A stretch of DNA of 64,000 nt from Kiritimatiellia bacterium (GTDB lineage Bacteria; Verrucomicrobiota; Kiritimatiellia; RFP12; UBA1067): contig JBMNFY010000008.1 of NCBI GenBank assembly GCA_050949565.1, positions 341,488-405,487 on the forward strand, written 5' to 3'. Under the pieces are notes generated by a model that saw nothing but the letters and a program-made list of their open reading frames with translations, was not told the DNA's origin and did not search any database. A program made the position numbers and the translations under genes. Below, one piece after another: positions 1 to 13,853 of this stretch (its first letter is position 1; each line of letters opens with the position of its first letter).

Positions 1-1
1 T

Positions 2-1984
2 TTTGCCCTTCTCGGGATTGCCCACCACAATCTGCGCGAGCTGATCCGCAGTGAGTGCCGTATCGAGCGCAAGGACCGTGTGCGCATCGTCGAGCGTGTA
101 GTCCGACGGCAGATCGATTATCAGAGATCCTGTGAAGGCAATCGAGTCAGCCGTAATGGACGCCGAGGCGTCCAAAAGCACAAGACGTGCGCCCTCGGCG
201 ATCTCAAGCGCATTACCAAAGCGCGAAGTGCCGTTCGTGAATGCGAGCGCGCCCTGCGCGACGACGGTCCGTGGATGGGAGGAGTTGCGCATCACTGTGA
301 GCGTGCCGAGACCGGTCTGCGTGAAGGTTGCGGAAGTGGCGCCACTCGCCGCTGTGAAGTCTTGGTCGAGCGTCACATCGAAGTGCTTTGAGTCGAGCGT
401 GAAGCCACGCGCGCCGAGTGTCGCCACACAACCGCTCATGAACGGGACCGGCGGCTTAGAGATGCCGGAGACGGAGAGCGTGCCGCCATCCGCCGTAAAC
501 GTCATCGTCTGCGAACCGTCCGCAGGCGAGCCGCCGTACACGGCACGCACGGCGAGCAATGCGTTGGAAGAGAGCGAGACGGCAGTGTTGCCCACCACCG
601 CGCTCTTGTTCGTGAGGGCCGATCCCGTGCCGCCGCGTAACTGCGCGTTGCCGGCGAGGATCAGTTCCGCGCGCGAGGTACCGCCCATCGTCATTTCGAT
701 CGACGACTGATTGCTGAGCGTGACCACGGCGTCGTCCGTTGCCTCAAAGCGGCCGTAGGCGTCATCCGTGTTGGGTGCCAGGCACATCCAGTTGCCGACA
801 ACGGGACTGACGGAAAGCGTGGCGCGGTCCTTGAGCGTCACGTAGGCGCGCGCCTGTTTCGCGTCCCCCATGTACAGCACACCACCGCAGACAACCGCGG
901 CGTCGTCCTGCGCCAAAAGATGCCCCACGGCATTCGAGGACGAACCCATATAGAAGCTAGACGCGCCGTCGAAAAGACCGTGGTCCGTCACCGTCACAAT
1001 ACCGGTGGAACACTGCGTGTTACCGAAATAGACGCTATTATGCGAATAGAAGGATGCGTTCTCACGAACGTCGATGCGCCCCTCGTTGCGCAGGTTCACA
1101 GCGCTCATATTGCCCGCACCGAGCCTAACGCCGTTCGTAACCTCCATGCGCGCCGTGCATGTGAGGTCCAGCAGTCCGATCGACTGCCCCAACCCGATGG
1201 CGGACCGGTTCCCAAGGAAAAGTCCGCCCCACGAAACGACCACCGCGTCATTCGTGACATGCACCCAAGTGGGGCCGGCGTTTGCATTCTGATCTTTGAG
1301 GTAGATGCCATTGAGCGAGTGGCGTCCACCCAGAAACGTGGTGTGCGTAACGGCATTACCACGCTGCTGGATTTCGGCGGAGCCGTTGAGCGTCGCCTCT
1401 GGATGGATGTTAAAATATACCTCGCCGCCGTTCGAACCGAGGTAGAGCGGCCTGGCCATGTCGAGCGTTCCGCTCCAGAGGTCGAACTTCTGCTTCGATA
1501 TGCCCGTCGATTCCCAGGTAAAAAGGGCGTCGTCAAAACGCCAGACGCGGACTGTGTTTGACACCGTAGAGAGACCTTCGAAATTAAAGATGTGCGTACC
1601 CGTGAGGTTCTGACAGAACGGCACGCCCCACCACTCGGTGACGGATTTCAAGCCCTTCTTCTCCCAATAGGTGCCGCGCGTGTCGAGTGTGAGCGTGTGC
1701 GTACCATTGCCCGTGCCGAGAAAGATCGTGCCGGAGTTCTCGACGAGACCCTCCGGCGGCGCCTTGATCGTCACGTCGTTCGCTTGGAAGTTGATATAGC
1801 CGTATTTCCCGTCGATGCCGTTTGCCGGCACCTCGCCGCCCGTCCAGTTTGCGGCATCATTGTAAAAGCCCTCCGTCACGGAGGAAAGCCACTGCACGCG
1901 GTGCGCCGCATCGACCCTCTCTACTTGCGCAAGAACCGCAGAACACACCATGCACACGCATGCGAAAATCATCGTCTTTTTCAT
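2..1984 (-). CDS. Large secreted beta-strand-repeat (autotransporter passenger-like) protein, runs off the left window edge
   Basis: Absent from ORF track (no stop inside window). ATG at 1984 after SD AAAGGGG; reads MKKTMIFACVCMVCSAVLAQ (signal peptide), then ...NDAANWTGGEVP..., G/T/S-rich repeats and FTQTGLGTLTV (passenger-associated repeat-like). Confidence 0.8.
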   Translation of the reverse strand, partial: MKKTMIFACVCMVCSAVLAQVERVDAAHRVQWLSSVTEGFYNDAANWTGGEVPANGIDGKYGYINFQANDVTIKAPPEGLVENSGTIFLGTGNGTHTLTLDTRGTYWEKKGLKSVTEWWGVPFCQNLTGTHIFNFEGLSTVSNTVRVWRFDDALFTWESTGISKQKFDLWSGTLDMARPLYLGSNGGEVYFNIHPEATLNGSAEIQQRGNAVTHTTFLGGRHSLNGIYLKDQNANAGPTWVHVTNDAVVVSWGGLFLGNRSAIGLGQSIGLLDLTCTARMEVTNGVRLGAGNMSAVNLRNEGRIDVRENASFYSHNSVYFGNTQCSTGIVTVTDHGLFDGASSFYMGSSSNAVGHLLAQDDAAVVCGGVLYMGDAKQARAYVTLKDRATLSVSPVVGNWMCLAPNTDDAYGRFEATDDAVVTLSNQSSIEMTMGGTSRAELILAGNAQLRGGTGSALTNKSAVVGNTAVSLSSNALLAVRAVYGGSPADGSQTMTFTADGGTLSVSGISKPPVPFMSGCVATLGARGFTLDSKHFDVTLDQDFTAASGATSATFTQTGLGTLTVMRNSSHPRTVVAQGALAFTNGTSRFGNALEIAEGARLVLLDASASITADSIAFTGSLIIDLPSDYTLDDAHTVLALDTALTADQLAQIVVGNPEKGK

Positions 1985-2052
1985 ATTCGACCCCTTTCTT
2001 GTCCCGTCCCCAGTTCAGATACCTGCATATTGTACGCATCTCTGTACCTACC

Positions 2053-3494
2053 AAGGAGTTTCCCCAAAAAATCTGGTCATTCCAGAAAGACCAGTCCGAG
2101 CGGGTTTGATTCGGGGTCTGGCGGCTTGTAGCCGTACCATTTCCCGTGGCGCGTGAAGAGCCTCCCGAGGCCGTCGGCGACGGCGTAGTGGAGGAACTCG
2201 GCCACGCCGTAGATGCGCTTGGCGGCGTGGGTGATGTTGGTCGTCAGGATCTCGCAGCGCAGCCGTCCGGCCAGCCAGACGCAGTTGAAGTAGATGACGG
2301 CCAGCAGCAGAGCGACCATGTTTTTCAGGCGCCGGTACGTCAGGACCCGGACGTCCTCGAGGTTGTAGCTCTGCTTGACGAAGCGGATCGCGTCCTCGAC
2401 GCGCCACCGCGTCAGATAGCCCTCGACGACCTGCCACAGGGACTTGCGCGACGTCGTCCCGGCCAGCGTGGTCAGCAGGAGCATCGGCCGCTCGCCGAAC
2501 CCCTTCACCACGACCATGCGCAGGGGCTTGTCGGGCCTCTGCGGCAGGGCGACGGTCATGGCGCCGAACTCCAGCTTATAGCTTTTCACCCCGTCCCCCG
2601 TCTCCCTCGTGACGATCTCGATGTGCTTCATGGGGCAGGATGCCGCCAGTTCTTCGGCCAGCGCGGTCCGCCGGCCGTGGAGCAGGTTGCGGTTGCCCAC
2701 GAGGCGCACGATGTAGTCCAGTTTGCGCCGGTCCAGGCCGTCGAACAGCCAGTCTCCGTCGCCTCCGCGGTCGATGACGTAGATGCCGCGCTTCTTCGCG
2801 CGGGAGCTGATCTGGTCGATGACGCCGAGCACCTCGTCGTTCTGGCTGATGAAGCCCTCCGCCTCGCTCGACCACAGCCGCATGTGCAACGGCGTGATCC
2901 GGCGGCCGCCGCTCTCGCAGGCGACCGCCAGGCAGGCGCTGTATCCGTTGCCGATCTCCCCCGTGCTCCCGTCCCGGACGCGGGCGAGATATTCCATCTT
3001 CTTCGCGTACAGCTTACGGATGTCGGTCGGGTCGATGACGATCAGCGTGTCCTGATGGACGTGACGCGAGCCCAGACGGGCGACAGCGTCGGAAATCCCC
3101 TGCTCGATGCCCTCGCTCCCGAGCATCCGGCTCAGCCTGTCCTCCAGTTTCTTCATCGATATCGGCTCGTCGAGCGCGCGGGCGATCCGGCTGAGCTTCA
3201 CGTCCTGCGACGCCTGTATCCCGTAGACCATGTCGCCCACGAACTTGCCGAGCGGCTTGGAAAACCGGGGGGAAAGTTCCCCCAAAAAATTCTTGAGTTG
3301 CTCTCGCGCTTTGAACGCCGTTGCGCTATGATTCATGTCGGTTTTCCTTTCCGGTTTTTGGTTGAACCGCCATTTTGGCAGAACCGGCGGAGGAAAACCA
3401 CTTTTTCACTTTCAGGCACGCCCGTCAGAGACGCATCCCCTTTGTTTTCAAGGACTTAGATATAATTGCCCCCGATTTTTTGGGGAAAGTCCTT
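2053..3494 (-). mobile_element. Complete IS4-family insertion sequence, about 1.44 kb
   Basis: 21-bp terminal inverted repeats AAGGAGTTTCCCCAAAAAATC (2053-2073) and GATTTTTTGGGGAAAGTCCTT (3474-3494), one mismatch; 10-bp direct repeat TGTACCTACC at 2043-2052 and 3495-3504. Confidence 0.93.
2077..3336 (-). CDS. IS4-family DDE transposase
   Basis: 419 aa; IDPTD, IDRGGD, and YLTRWRVEDAIRFVK (YREK signature of IS4 family). Confidence 0.92.
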   Translation of the reverse strand: MNHSATAFKAREQLKNFLGELSPRFSKPLGKFVGDMVYGIQASQDVKLSRIARALDEPISMKKLEDRLSRMLGSEGIEQGISDAVARLGSRHVHQDTLIVIDPTDIRKLYAKKMEYLARVRDGSTGEIGNGYSACLAVACESGGRRITPLHMRLWSSEAEGFISQNDEVLGVIDQISSRAKKRGIYVIDRGGDGDWLFDGLDRRKLDYIVRLVGNRNLLHGRRTALAEELAASCPMKHIEIVTRETGDGVKSYKLEFGAMTVALPQRPDKPLRMVVVKGFGERPMLLLTTLAGTTSRKSLWQVVEGYLTRWRVEDAIRFVKQSYNLEDVRVLTYRRLKNMVALLLAVIYFNCVWLAGRLRCEILTTNITHAAKRIYGVAEFLHYAVADGLGRLFTRHGKWYGYKPPDPESNPLGLVFLE

Positions 3495-3525
3495 TGTACC
3501 TACCGTCAACGCCGCTTTTTCAGCG

Positions 3526-3872
3526 TAATCGGTTAGTGACAGGGGCATGCGAGTTGAGTGCGTGGTTTGTGCCCATTTTGGTACTCACGAGTCAGGCGAA
3601 AATACCAGTGCGGCGGCAAGCGGTATTCCGCGCGACGCCGCTTTTTAAGCACAAGTGCGGTGGCAGGGTGGCGCGCAAAAGCGGTGCAGCGACCCGCGCG
3701 CAGCGCGGCTCTTGTCATCGCACTCCAAATTTTCCGCCGCGCCACGCGCGGCACAACCTTTATGCGCCCGCGCAGCGGGAAATCACGTCAATCTTGTCAA
3801 TCATGTCTAAAAACGCACCCCCTTTTCGTCAGGAACGCATGGTCTTCGCACTCCCCCGTCACCAACCAAACA
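3526..3872. repeat. MITE/REPIN-like element with imperfect 19-bp terminal inverted repeats enclosing an inverted REP-like pair
   Basis: TAATCGGTTAGTGACAGGG at 3526 and a degenerate inverted copy at 3854-3872; internal AGTGCGGCGGCAAGCG..CGCCGCTTT and AAAGCGGTG..CGCACTCCAAA units recur at about 30740, 32520, 40845 and 47037. Confidence 0.6.
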
Positions 3873-4030
3873 CTGAAGGGGTGACTCCGTCCCTGTTAAT
3901 CTTGTATAATGCGGGCAACAACAGAAAACGAAGGAAGCTGCCGCGATGAATGTCGGCTGATGCGCACTGACGACTCACCAGCGATCGGCGCGGCGATGGC
4001 AGGTGTTTGAGGGTGTGACTGCTAAGAGGT

Positions 4031-5401
4031 ATGAGTGTATCCATGCGTAGAATGATTTTGGCCATAATGGTGTCCGTCTGCGCGGCGGCAGCAGCGCGGT
4101 CGGAAGTTGTGGACCTAGGCGAGGTTTTCAGCAAGGCAGAGAGCTGGACGCTCGGCGCTGAAACTTTTTTGGGTGACTACCAGAAGTTCGGATTCCGTTT
4201 CCTTGACGACAAAGGCAGCGCGATGTCGTCCGACAAAGAATCGTTACAATTCTTAGGCCAACCGGTTTTCGAAGCGCGCGTCTACTTCACGGCATCATCG
4301 CTGCGCCGGATTGAGCTTTCAGTCTACAACAAGGGTGATGCTGGCGTAAGAGACCGCGAGGCTTTTGACGCACTGGCGGAGAAGACTAAGGCGGACATAA
4401 GCGGCCACTTGCAGGACAACGGGATGGCCGGCAAGACGACCAGCGAGCGCGCTAATTACGTGGTCAAGCGTCACCAATGGGTCAAACGCACGCCGGGCGT
4501 GCAACTGGAGTGGGCTTATGTCGAGCCGCACCGTTCGCGCGGTGAAAGCGTAGCGTACAATGCCGAGTACATCAAGGTGGTGATGGTGCCGCTCAAAAAA
4601 GGCGGAAGTCCGATGACCGCGATCACGGGGGGAATGCAGGCGAACCGTGCGAAGAGCGGCAGAGTCATAAAGGAAAATGTGCAACGCAATGAAGATGGGG
4701 ATGTCTGGATCGAAAACGTACCGATGGTCGACCAAGGCCAGAAGGGTTACTGCGCGGCGGCTGCATCGGAACGTATACTGCGCTATTACGGGTTGGCGGT
4801 AGACCAGCACCAGATCGCCCAACTCGCAGAGACTGCGGCGGAGGGTGGCACCACGATCGAGGGCATGGCCGTAGCCGTGGGCAAGATCGGCCGACAATTC
4901 CAGTTGGACAAACGTGATCTGATCTTGATCGATTCAAAGGGCAGTTTCGAACGCAGCGAACACATGAAACAGCTTGATCGGTATAACGCTACGGCAAAGA
5001 AAAAAAAGGCGACCGTGATAGACTGGAAGGAGTTTACGACCGACAATGTGGTGGACCTGCAGGCGATTTGGCAAGCGATGGACCCCGAGATCCTTCTGAC
5101 GGCCAAGAGCACGGAGCGGCAGGACATGAACAAGTTTATGCGAAACATCAAGACCTATACCGAACAGGGGGTACCGTTGTTGTGGTCGTGCCTGGTGGGT
5201 ATGTATCCGGAAGAGCCGGAACTAGGTCAGCCCGGTATTTTCGGTCATGTACGCCTAATCATCGGCTATAACGAAAAAAACAACACGTTGCTTTATTCGG
5301 ATTCATGGGGGCCGCGCCATGCCTTGAAGCGTCTGCCTTTTGATCAGGCGTGGGCAATGACCAAGGGGCTGATCGTTCTAAAACCAAGAGATGTGAGGTA
5401 A
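4031..5401 (+). CDS. Secreted C39-like (papain-fold) cysteine peptidase domain protein
   Basis: Signal peptide; PMVDQGQKGYCAAA (Gln/Cys) and GHVRLIIGY..YSDSWG (His/Asp). Confidence 0.75.
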   Translation: MSVSMRRMILAIMVSVCAAAAARSEVVDLGEVFSKAESWTLGAETFLGDYQKFGFRFLDDKGSAMSSDKESLQFLGQPVFEARVYFTASSLRRIELSVYNKGDAGVRDREAFDALAEKTKADISGHLQDNGMAGKTTSERANYVVKRHQWVKRTPGVQLEWAYVEPHRSRGESVAYNAEYIKVVMVPLKKGGSPMTAITGGMQANRAKSGRVIKENVQRNEDGDVWIENVPMVDQGQKGYCAAAASERILRYYGLAVDQHQIAQLAETAAEGGTTIEGMAVAVGKIGRQFQLDKRDLILIDSKGSFERSEHMKQLDRYNATAKKKKATVIDWKEFTTDNVVDLQAIWQAMDPEILLTAKSTERQDMNKFMRNIKTYTEQGVPLLWSCLVGMYPEEPELGQPGIFGHVRLIIGYNEKNNTLLYSDSWGPRHALKRLPFDQAWAMTKGLIVLKPRDVR

Positions 5402-5411
5402 CGCAAAAGAA

Positions 5412-7091
5412 ATGAACGCAAAACAAGCCACACCGCATACCCTTACGGGAATTTTGGTTGACCCTGTCCAGAAAACCAGTTTCGGTGCCCGTCTGACCCT
5501 TTCGAAGCAAGGTACGATCGCCGCAATCGAGCACGAGCCTGATCCCGATCCCGGCTATATCTTGCCCGGCTTTGTCGACGCGCATGTCCACATCGAAAGC
5601 TCGATGCTCACCCCCGCCGCCTTTGCACGCGCGGCCGTAACGCACGGCACGCTCGCCGCCGTGGCCGATCCCCACGAAATCGCCAACGTGCTAGGCGAGC
5701 GCGGTGTGATGCTGATGCTCGAACTCGCCAGCCAAACACCGTTCGTCTTCGGCTTTGGTGTCCCCTCCTGTGTACCGGCCACTCCCTTCGAAAGTGCTGG
5801 CGCGGAACTGGGGCCCGAGGCGGTTGCGCGCCTGCTCGATCTGCCCGGCATCACGCACCTTGCCGAGATGATGGACGTGCCCGGTGTGCTCAAAAATGAT
5901 CCCGCCGTCCGCGCCAAACTTGATGCTGCGCACCAGCGCGGCCTGCCCGTCGACGGGCACGCACCCGGTCTCCGCGATAACGCCATGCGCGCCTATGCTG
6001 CAGCCGGCATCACGACCGATCACGAGAGCCTCTCCTTCGAAGAGGCGCGTGAGAAACTCAAGGCCGGTATCAAGCTTCTGGTTCGCTACGGTTCGGCCGC
6101 GCGCCGCTTCGAGTCCTTCCTGCCGCTGTTGCCGCGCTTCCCGGACCTCTGCATGCTGTGCAGCGATGACAAGCATCCGGACGACCTGTTGCGCGACCAT
6201 ATCAACTTTATCGCGGCCACCGCCTTCCGGCAGGGGCTCGCCCTTCAGACCATCCTGCAGGCGGCTTGCGTCAACCCCGTGCGCCACTACCGTCTCCCGC
6301 TCGGTCTGCTTCAACTCGGCGACAGCGCGGACTTTCAAATCGTCGACGACCTGCGCACCTTCCAACCGCGCGAAGTTTGGTTGCGTGGGCAATGTGTCGC
6401 CCGCGATGGCGTCTCGTTCCTGCCCGCTGGTGAGCCGCGCGTCGAAAACAATTTCGCGGCACGCCCTATCAATGTCGACGCACTGCGCATCCCGGATCAG
6501 CCCGGGTGCCGTGTGCGGGTCATTGGCGTTCGCGACGGCGAAGTCACCACCGCCCACCTGCTGGAGACGCCCAGCGTGGATCAGGGCGCAGTCGTCGCCG
6601 ATCCCGGACGCGACCTTGCAAAGCTCGTTGTCTGCAACCGTTACGTCCCCGCCGCTCCTGCGATCGGCTTGGTCAAGGGGTTCGGTTTGCGGCGTGGTGC
6701 GCTCGCCACCAGTGTCGCGCACGACTCGCACCATGTGATTGCGATCGGTGCCTCGGACGATGCCTTGGCAGCCGCGATCAACGAGGTGGTTCACCACAGC
6801 GGCGGCCTGGCTGTGGCCGACAGCAACCGTAAAATCCTCACCTCCCTGCCGCTGCCGCTGGCTGGCCTGATCTCCACCGAGCCTGCCGAACAGGTGGCCA
6901 GGGCGTATTCGGATTGTGACCGCCTCGCGAAGATTTTAGGTTCGCCACTCGCGGCGCCTTTCATGACGCTCTCCTTCCTCTCGCTCTCGGTCATCCCCAG
7001 CCTGAAGCTCACGGACAAAGGACTTTTCGACGGAGAAGCCTTCCGTCATGTTTCTCTTTTCGAGGAGAAACATGACGAATTTAGGAGTTAG
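5412..7091 (+). CDS. ade: Adenine deaminase
   Basis: PGFVDAHVHIESSM, DPHEIANVLG, DGHAPG, TDHE, CSDDKHP, SVAHDSH, LSLSVIPSLKLTDKGL. Confidence 0.95.
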   Translation: MNAKQATPHTLTGILVDPVQKTSFGARLTLSKQGTIAAIEHEPDPDPGYILPGFVDAHVHIESSMLTPAAFARAAVTHGTLAAVADPHEIANVLGERGVMLMLELASQTPFVFGFGVPSCVPATPFESAGAELGPEAVARLLDLPGITHLAEMMDVPGVLKNDPAVRAKLDAAHQRGLPVDGHAPGLRDNAMRAYAAAGITTDHESLSFEEAREKLKAGIKLLVRYGSAARRFESFLPLLPRFPDLCMLCSDDKHPDDLLRDHINFIAATAFRQGLALQTILQAACVNPVRHYRLPLGLLQLGDSADFQIVDDLRTFQPREVWLRGQCVARDGVSFLPAGEPRVENNFAARPINVDALRIPDQPGCRVRVIGVRDGEVTTAHLLETPSVDQGAVVADPGRDLAKLVVCNRYVPAAPAIGLVKGFGLRRGALATSVAHDSHHVIAIGASDDALAAAINEVVHHSGGLAVADSNRKILTSLPLPLAGLISTEPAEQVARAYSDCDRLAKILGSPLAAPFMTLSFLSLSVIPSLKLTDKGLFDGEAFRHVSLFEEKHDEFRS

Positions 7092-7144
7092 GATTTAGGA
7101 ATTAGGAGTTTTTTATCCCAATCGGGATCGCTATCGGTATCGAA
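7078..7144. repeat. Heptamer tandem repeat (TTAGGAr) followed by hexamer repeat (ATCGsk)
   Basis: ttaggagttaggatttaggaattaggagtt overlaps the ade stop codon, then atcgggatcgctatcggtatcg (reverse copy at about 46979-47012). Confidence 0.75.
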
Positions 7145-7177
7145 ACTCGTAACAAAGCCTATAAGAAAGGTTCAAGC

Positions 7178-8836
7178 ATGAGACAGATAGACCCTTATGA
7201 ACCCTGCATGTGCGGCAGCGGCAAAAAATATAAATTTTGCTGCTACCAAAAAAAGAACGATGCGGCCGCCCCTTCAACGGCGGGTCTTAGCAGTTCCGCG
7301 CACACCAAAGACGTTTTCGCTGATTTGTTTGCCGCAGATGAGGACAAATGCCTTGAGAGCTTTGATCTGAACCAAAAAGGGCTGCAACTGATGCGCAGCG
7401 GGGATCTGGAAGAGGGCCTGCCTTATTTTCGCAAAGCGATAGCTACAATGCCGCAGATCTATACCGCCTCAAACAATCTCGCACTGTGCCTTCTGGTATT
7501 GGGCAGGCTGGATGAAGCCATACAGGTACAAAAAGAGGGCCTGATGGCCTCGCCCTTCCCCAACCCTTTCGGTCTGGCTAACATGGCCACTTTCCTGTAT
7601 ATCAGCGGCGACGAGATCGGTTGCCAACGCAATATCGATGAAGCGGTGAAGCTCAAGATGCCGAGCAGCGATGCCTGTGTCAAGGTCTGCGAAGTCCTCG
7701 CACGCTTGCGCCGCCACCAAGACATCATCGACTTGGTTGACCGGTGCGAGTTTGACGATAATCCGAACATGTTCTTCTATTCGGGTGTGGCCGCCGCCAA
7801 CCTTGGTGCTTTCGAACGTGCCCAAAGGGATTTACGCCGTGTGGGTATCGGCTTCCCTAAATCTGGCGTCGTGCGCCGCTACCTGCAGCATATCAAAGAA
7901 AAGACACCGCCGCACACCGTTCGCGGCGATTGGCCTTATGTGTCTTCCATTCATGAAGTATGCCCGGCATCCCTTTTTTCTGCCGGCATGCGTACAGACC
8001 CCGACAGTTGGGTGGATCGCCGTGTGGCCGTGGATTTCTGCGAAACGTTTCTGAACGAATCAGTAGCGGATTGGGAGGAGATCGTCGCGCTAATATCCAC
8101 CATCAAACATCCTGAGGCCGTCAATCTGCTCTGGCTGATCGCCAAGGGACGTTTCGGCCCGGACGAATTGCGCATCAGAGCGGCGACAGAATTGTCAACC
8201 CGCGATGAGTTGGCTAAAGATCAGAAAATTGAAATGTTTCTTAAGGGCAGGACTACGGAAGTTGCGCTAGGCGGCATACAGATCAACCCCGACTTCCGGT
8301 TCGGAAACCCATTGCCTGAGAAGTTGGACAAAAAATACGAAAAGGCCGTCCTCGCAAGCGAAAAGGGCAACGCTGATTGGGAAAAGATCGAGCAAGTTTT
8401 TTTGGAGATTTTAAATGAGGAGCCCGATTATTATCCGGCGCGTTACAATTATGTGATCGCTCTGCTGAGGCAAAATAAAAACAATGAAGCGTTGCCAATT
8501 TTGCGTGACCTTGTCGCAAAATATCCCGATTACCTTTTTGCGCGCGCCACGCTCCTGCAACTGTTGTTGCTGTTAAATCTTGATGATGAAGCCGACGAGC
8601 TGGCCCAATCGACGACGTTGCCGCAAGAAACGCACCCCGCCGCCTTTGCCACATGGATGGTCGCGCAAACCGTTTACCATGAGGACGCCGAGCGTTATGA
8701 CGAGGCCTACTCATGTATACGTGCCGCGCATGAGTGCGCGCCGCAACTGACGTCTGTCAAACGCTTGTGGGAAGCCTACAAGGACTGGGACGAGGACGAA
8801 GACGAGGACTGGGAAGAAGACGAGGATGAGTTGTAA
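7178..8836 (+). CDS. SEC-C motif and tetratricopeptide repeat protein
   Basis: N-terminal DPYEPCMCGSGKKYKFCC; TPR-like helices; acidic tail. Confidence 0.85.
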   Translation: MRQIDPYEPCMCGSGKKYKFCCYQKKNDAAAPSTAGLSSSAHTKDVFADLFAADEDKCLESFDLNQKGLQLMRSGDLEEGLPYFRKAIATMPQIYTASNNLALCLLVLGRLDEAIQVQKEGLMASPFPNPFGLANMATFLYISGDEIGCQRNIDEAVKLKMPSSDACVKVCEVLARLRRHQDIIDLVDRCEFDDNPNMFFYSGVAAANLGAFERAQRDLRRVGIGFPKSGVVRRYLQHIKEKTPPHTVRGDWPYVSSIHEVCPASLFSAGMRTDPDSWVDRRVAVDFCETFLNESVADWEEIVALISTIKHPEAVNLLWLIAKGRFGPDELRIRAATELSTRDELAKDQKIEMFLKGRTTEVALGGIQINPDFRFGNPLPEKLDKKYEKAVLASEKGNADWEKIEQVFLEILNEEPDYYPARYNYVIALLRQNKNNEALPILRDLVAKYPDYLFARATLLQLLLLLNLDDEADELAQSTTLPQETHPAAFATWMVAQTVYHEDAERYDEAYSCIRAAHECAPQLTSVKRLWEAYKDWDEDEDEDWEEDEDEL

Positions 8837-8939
8837 GAGCGATAGAATCGACTGAATCGACAGAATCGAATGATTCGAATCTTTCGGTTCCATCGATTCC
8901 CTCGACCACTTCTCACCTCTCACCTATTACCTATTACCT

Positions 8940-8984
8940 AAAAAAAACGGGCGCCGGCGACTCCTCGCCGGCGCCCGCTTTTTT
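8940..8984. terminator. Bidirectional rho-independent terminator
   Basis: A-run, 13-bp stem CGGGCGCCGGCGA/TCGCCGGCGCCCG, T-run; lies between convergent genes. Confidence 0.9.
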
Positions 8985-8995
8985 AGATGTGACGC

Positions 8996-12574
<3,579 letters not shown>

Positions 12575-12642
12575 AGTGTGTGTTTCTCCTTAAAAGCGAT
12601 GCGGGCGCGTCCGCTTGCCGAACGCGCCACACGGGGGGGGGG

Positions 12643-13587
12643 TTATTTTTTCAGCGCAGCGCGGCAGGCGTCGAGCTGGCCAGCCGAGCCAAGCAACACG
12701 TTCTTCTCCGCAATGAACTTCGCATACTCCGGCATGAAGATCTTGCCGGGGCCACGCAGGTCGAACTGCTCGGGATGGTCACGGAAGAACTCGCGGTGTA
12801 CGCGGCACCAGACCAGACGCCCGTCGGTATCGATGTTGATCTTGGTCACGCCGAGCTTGGCCGCGCCGAGGAACTGCGAGGCGTCCACGCCGCTCGCGCC
12901 CTTGATCGCGCCGCCGGCCGCGTTGATACGGGCGACCTCGTCCTGCGGCACCGAGGAGGAGCCGTGCAACACCAGCGGGAAGCCGGGCAGACGCTTCTGA
13001 ATCTCCTCCAGAATGTCAAAGCGCAGCTTCTGATCGCCCTTGAACTTGAAAGCGCCGTGCGAGGTACCGATCGCAGCGGCCAGCGAGTCGCAGCCGGTCT
13101 GCTTGACGAAATACTCGGCCTCTTCGGGCTTCGTGTAGACGTGCTCAGCGGACGAGACATCCTCTTCCACGCCCTTGAGTTGGCCCAACTCGGCCTCGAC
13201 CACAATGCCCTTGGCGTGGGCGGCGTCCACGACGCGCTTGGTGATCTCGATATTCTTCTCGAGCGGATAGTGCGAGGCATCGATCATTACCGAGCTGTAG
13301 ACGCCGGAGGCGATACAGTCCATGCAGGTCTCCTCGTCGCCGTGGTCCAGATGCACCGCGAAAACGGCGTCGGGGAAGATCTTGTCGGCCGTGGTCATCA
13401 GCGCCTCAAGCATCAGCTTGTGCGTATACCCGCGCGCGCCCTTGGAAAGCTGCACGATGAAGGGGGCTTTGCTGTCGACATTGCCTTGGAACAGGCCCAT
13501 GGTCTGCTCAAGATTGTTGATATTGTACGCGCCGATCGCATACTTGCCGTAAGCGTGCTGGAAAAGTTCTTTTGTGGTGACGATCAT
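12643..13587 (-). CDS. fba: Fructose-1,6-bisphosphate aldolase class II
   Basis: AVHLDHG, SVMIDAS, VEAELG, AIGTSHGAFKF, LVLHGSSSV, KINIDTD. Confidence 0.95.
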   Translation of the reverse strand: MIVTTKELFQHAYGKYAIGAYNINNLEQTMGLFQGNVDSKAPFIVQLSKGARGYTHKLMLEALMTTADKIFPDAVFAVHLDHGDEETCMDCIASGVYSSVMIDASHYPLEKNIEITKRVVDAAHAKGIVVEAELGQLKGVEEDVSSAEHVYTKPEEAEYFVKQTGCDSLAAAIGTSHGAFKFKGDQKLRFDILEEIQKRLPGFPLVLHGSSSVPQDEVARINAAGGAIKGASGVDASQFLGAAKLGVTKINIDTDGRLVWCRVHREFFRDHPEQFDLRGPGKIFMPEYAKFIAEKNVLLGSAGQLDACRAALKK

Positions 13588-13725
13588 GGCTGACTCCTTA
13601 GTTAAATCCGGCCGGTCCGGCCTGCGACACGCAGACGCGCCGATACCGCGAAAAGATGGCTCTATACTATACGGTTTGCGGGGCCGGGCGGCAAGTCCAA
13701 ACCCTCCGTGCGCGCGTCGCGCGGA

Positions 13726-13791
13726 TTTAGGATTTAGGAATTAGGAGTTAGGAATTAGGAGTTAGGAATTAGGAGTTAGGATTGAGGAGTT
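13726..13791. repeat. Heptamer tandem repeat (TTAGGAr), about 9 copies
   Basis: tttaggatttaggaattaggagttaggaattaggagttaggaattaggagttaggattgaggagtt. Confidence 0.9.
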
Positions 13792-13853
13792 CTGCGAATA
13801 TGTGTAGAATTAATGCCAAACACAAATGAGAAGTCCTCATTGGAAGAAATCGA

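Noticed and set aside
80-1561. Plus-strand ORFs at the window start
   Set aside because: Shadows of the minus-strand secreted protein gene 2-1984
3335-3949. ORFs in repeat-rich intergenic regions (3335-3949, 35671-36202, 46641-47193, 5' part of 31075-32562)
   Set aside because: Made of non-coding repeats, with no protein-like features
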